Shown: positions 61,709 to 64,000 of the stretch, in pieces
Position numbering within the stretch: position 1 is the first letter of the stretch
Layout of the letters: the number at the start of each line of letters is the position of its first letter
DNA from: Callorhinchus milii
Taxonomy: Eukaryota
DNA length: 64,000 nt
Direction of reading: 5' to 3'
NCBI RefSeq assembly: GCF_018977255.1
Contig: NW_024704743.1
Location: 62,374,001-62,438,000 of the forward strand
Translations under genes and position numbers: made by a program
The notes under the pieces: generated by a model
What the model was told of the DNA's origin: nothing
What the model saw: only the letters and a program-made list of their open reading frames with translations
Databases searched by the model: none

Positions 61709-64000
61709 ATGAATGATGCACACATAGAGATACAGAAGATGTGCTGTGCAACACAGTACGACTGATACATCAAAGAATGCACAGAGTCATAGAGCAGGCA
61801 AGTAAAGAAGCAATTAGCACGTTATGGCCAGTTGATCACGGGAGTTTTATAAATATTATAACCCCAGTGAGACATTCTGAACAATCTGAACATTACTTAT
61901 ATTTATAGATGGATTCAAGAAGGTGTACCAAAATTGTGTGGAATGAGTTAGTTGTTTTGCTGGCACTTGGGGACTTCTGGTGTATGGATGTTTCAAAGGC
62001 TGTGCAGCAAAGTGATCCAACTATATTGTGTTACAGTCAGTCACATCTGGGTCTTAGTGTACAGGGGACAATGTGTACTGCTGGATGTTAAATACACTGA
62101 ATGTCATAAGTGAAGACTCTCATCTGTTTCCAATATATTTTTTCATACATTTTCCATGATCAGTTATGGATATTAAATATCATGTGGTTGACTTGACTGA
62201 CTGTACTGCATTTATGTTGACATGGTTTTGTTGCGTAGTTTAACTGTTGTTCCTCTTTTATTTGCACACAGAGCTTAGAGGAGCTTAACCTCTGCAGTGT
62301 GAAATCTGTTTGTGTGAGTGCATCTTTCGATCAAAAGCAGGCCCATGTACAAGTGATGCTGTACTGTTGTCATCACAAGACCCTGGAGGACAATGTTTGT
62401 GCATTATATGCACACTCAATCCTTGACAAGGTCATCTCTGAACGTACTTATCAGGAGTTTTTTCTAGTGAAAGGAATAGTGCTATTGCCTGAGATCAGAT
62501 CTATAATCAATACGTCTGTGACACTGAAATTCAAAGCATTTGTAGTTCAAGGAAATTATCATGTTGTATGTTTAAGAACCAGATTGGAAGCATAATTATG
62601 TAGCATCACGGTTACTGAGGCTGGGCCAGCTTTCTTAACTTGTATTCATCGTAACCCAACAACGGCTTTGTAAAATTGGCAAAGATGAATCAGGATTTAT
62701 TATTGAACCCAAATCCGTGCAATGTGAGTTTTTTGGCCTGAAAGCTAGAATACTGAAAGTGTGGTGCTATGATTATTACTGGGTTTATCTGTTATTTGTG
62801 CTCCATCTAACTGGTAATTGCATTCTCGGAAACAGACTGTATTATCTATGCGAATGTATCTGAGCTGTCAGGTGTCAGCCTGACTTAGATGGTAACGCTC
62901 TTGCTTCTGAATGAGATGGTTGTGGGTTCAAGCCGCAGGTCAAGACTTATACTCACACTTCAATTGAAAGATTATTATATTTATGTGACTGAGAGTTCCA
63001 CATATATACCCTCTTATACTTGGAAATTTCCTTTGTCTGGAATAGAATGAATCCTATCTCCTTGGAGGGACAGTCTCTGGTTCCCTAATTTCAGAGGGTA
63101 TTAGATGCGGAAAAAGTCTTTCATGTGAGTTTTGTCAGCAAAATCAGGAGTTGTTACCAATGGAGTAGCATTGGTTTGACTTACGAGCATGGTTCCTTGT
63201 CAGTATTTTACTAAATGTGTTCAGTCTCAGAGCATATTTTGGTTGCATAATAAAATCATTTTCAAAGGTAATTGTTAGAAGATGTACAGAGAAAGGCGAG
63301 GCTTGTTTTTCACTGCTGTGTTGTATACATGGTAATTATAATACAATTTCCAATTGTTTCTTTCATATAATTTCTAATGAGAGTAGTAATTTCTGAAATG
63401 TGTTTCTTGATTGATTAGGAGATGTATGCACCATGTGTGTGATTGGGATAATATTTGGAACTCTCCATAGAAAGTTTGTCACAAAAATGTCTTATTGCTG
63501 AATTGTTTTATTGTTGTTGGGGGATGAATCTATCTGGAAAGCAGCTGCATGAGCATAATGGAAAGGCTTGTTTACACAACAAATGCTTATTTGCATAGGC
63601 TGTAGAGCTACTGCCAATTTGAATTATAATTGCAAGGAGAAACAGTGCAAAATTATTCACTCCAGACCACAGCACAGCATCAAGCCCATAATTGATTCCC
63701 AGCCTGAATCGGCAACTAGATCACGCCAGAGGAAGTTTAAACACTGGCTAATCCCTGTGTTATTCTGCTATGTTTGTGTTAAATTGACAGCTGTGGCAGT
63801 ATAATTTCAGCAGACAAAAACGGACGACACAGCAACCATATTGCACTCCCATTCCCAGCCCCCACCCAAATGGGTGGGTGCTGAAGCAGCCCTGTGTCAT
63901 TATCCAATAACAGTGACCGCTGGCACACCATACCCTAGAATATGGTGTATGTCTTAATGTCACCTGCACACTGAGAGCTTCTCCAGCACAGCACACTGTA

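Overview
This is repeat-rich, non-coding vertebrate genomic DNA. The repeat content (tRNA-Ala/Deu-type SINEs with (TTA)n tails, L2 and CR1 LINEs, a shark-type Penelope fragment) points to a cartilaginous fish, probably a chimaera/elephant shark; this is an inference. No intact protein-coding exon can be supported, and the longer recognisable ORFs come from LINE/hAT remnants, SINEs or a minisatellite. The core is a CpG-rich promoter-like segment at about 32.9-33.6 kb with short minus-strand, probably non-coding exons. On the opposite strand, 8-11 kb away, lie two paralogous box C/D snoRNAs (41125-41198, 44454-44526). Their 3' half matches my recollection of human SNORD123 and carries an antisense element to 28S rRNA. 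In human, SNORD123 lies in the lncRNA SNHG18 head-to-head with SEMA5A, so the window is probably the sema5a 5' end plus a snoRNA host with a duplicated SNORD123 (synteny inference, not shown by coding sequence). Other points of note: a nested CR1/L2/SINE stack between the snoRNAs, a Helitron-like insert, an inverted-repeat-bracketed hAT remnant, a decayed Penelope hammerhead, an LF-SINE-like relic, an unclassified ~490-bp repeat family and near-perfect palindromes. Family names come from memory, not from database searches, and repeat boundaries are approximate. I found no evidence of a wholly new biological system.
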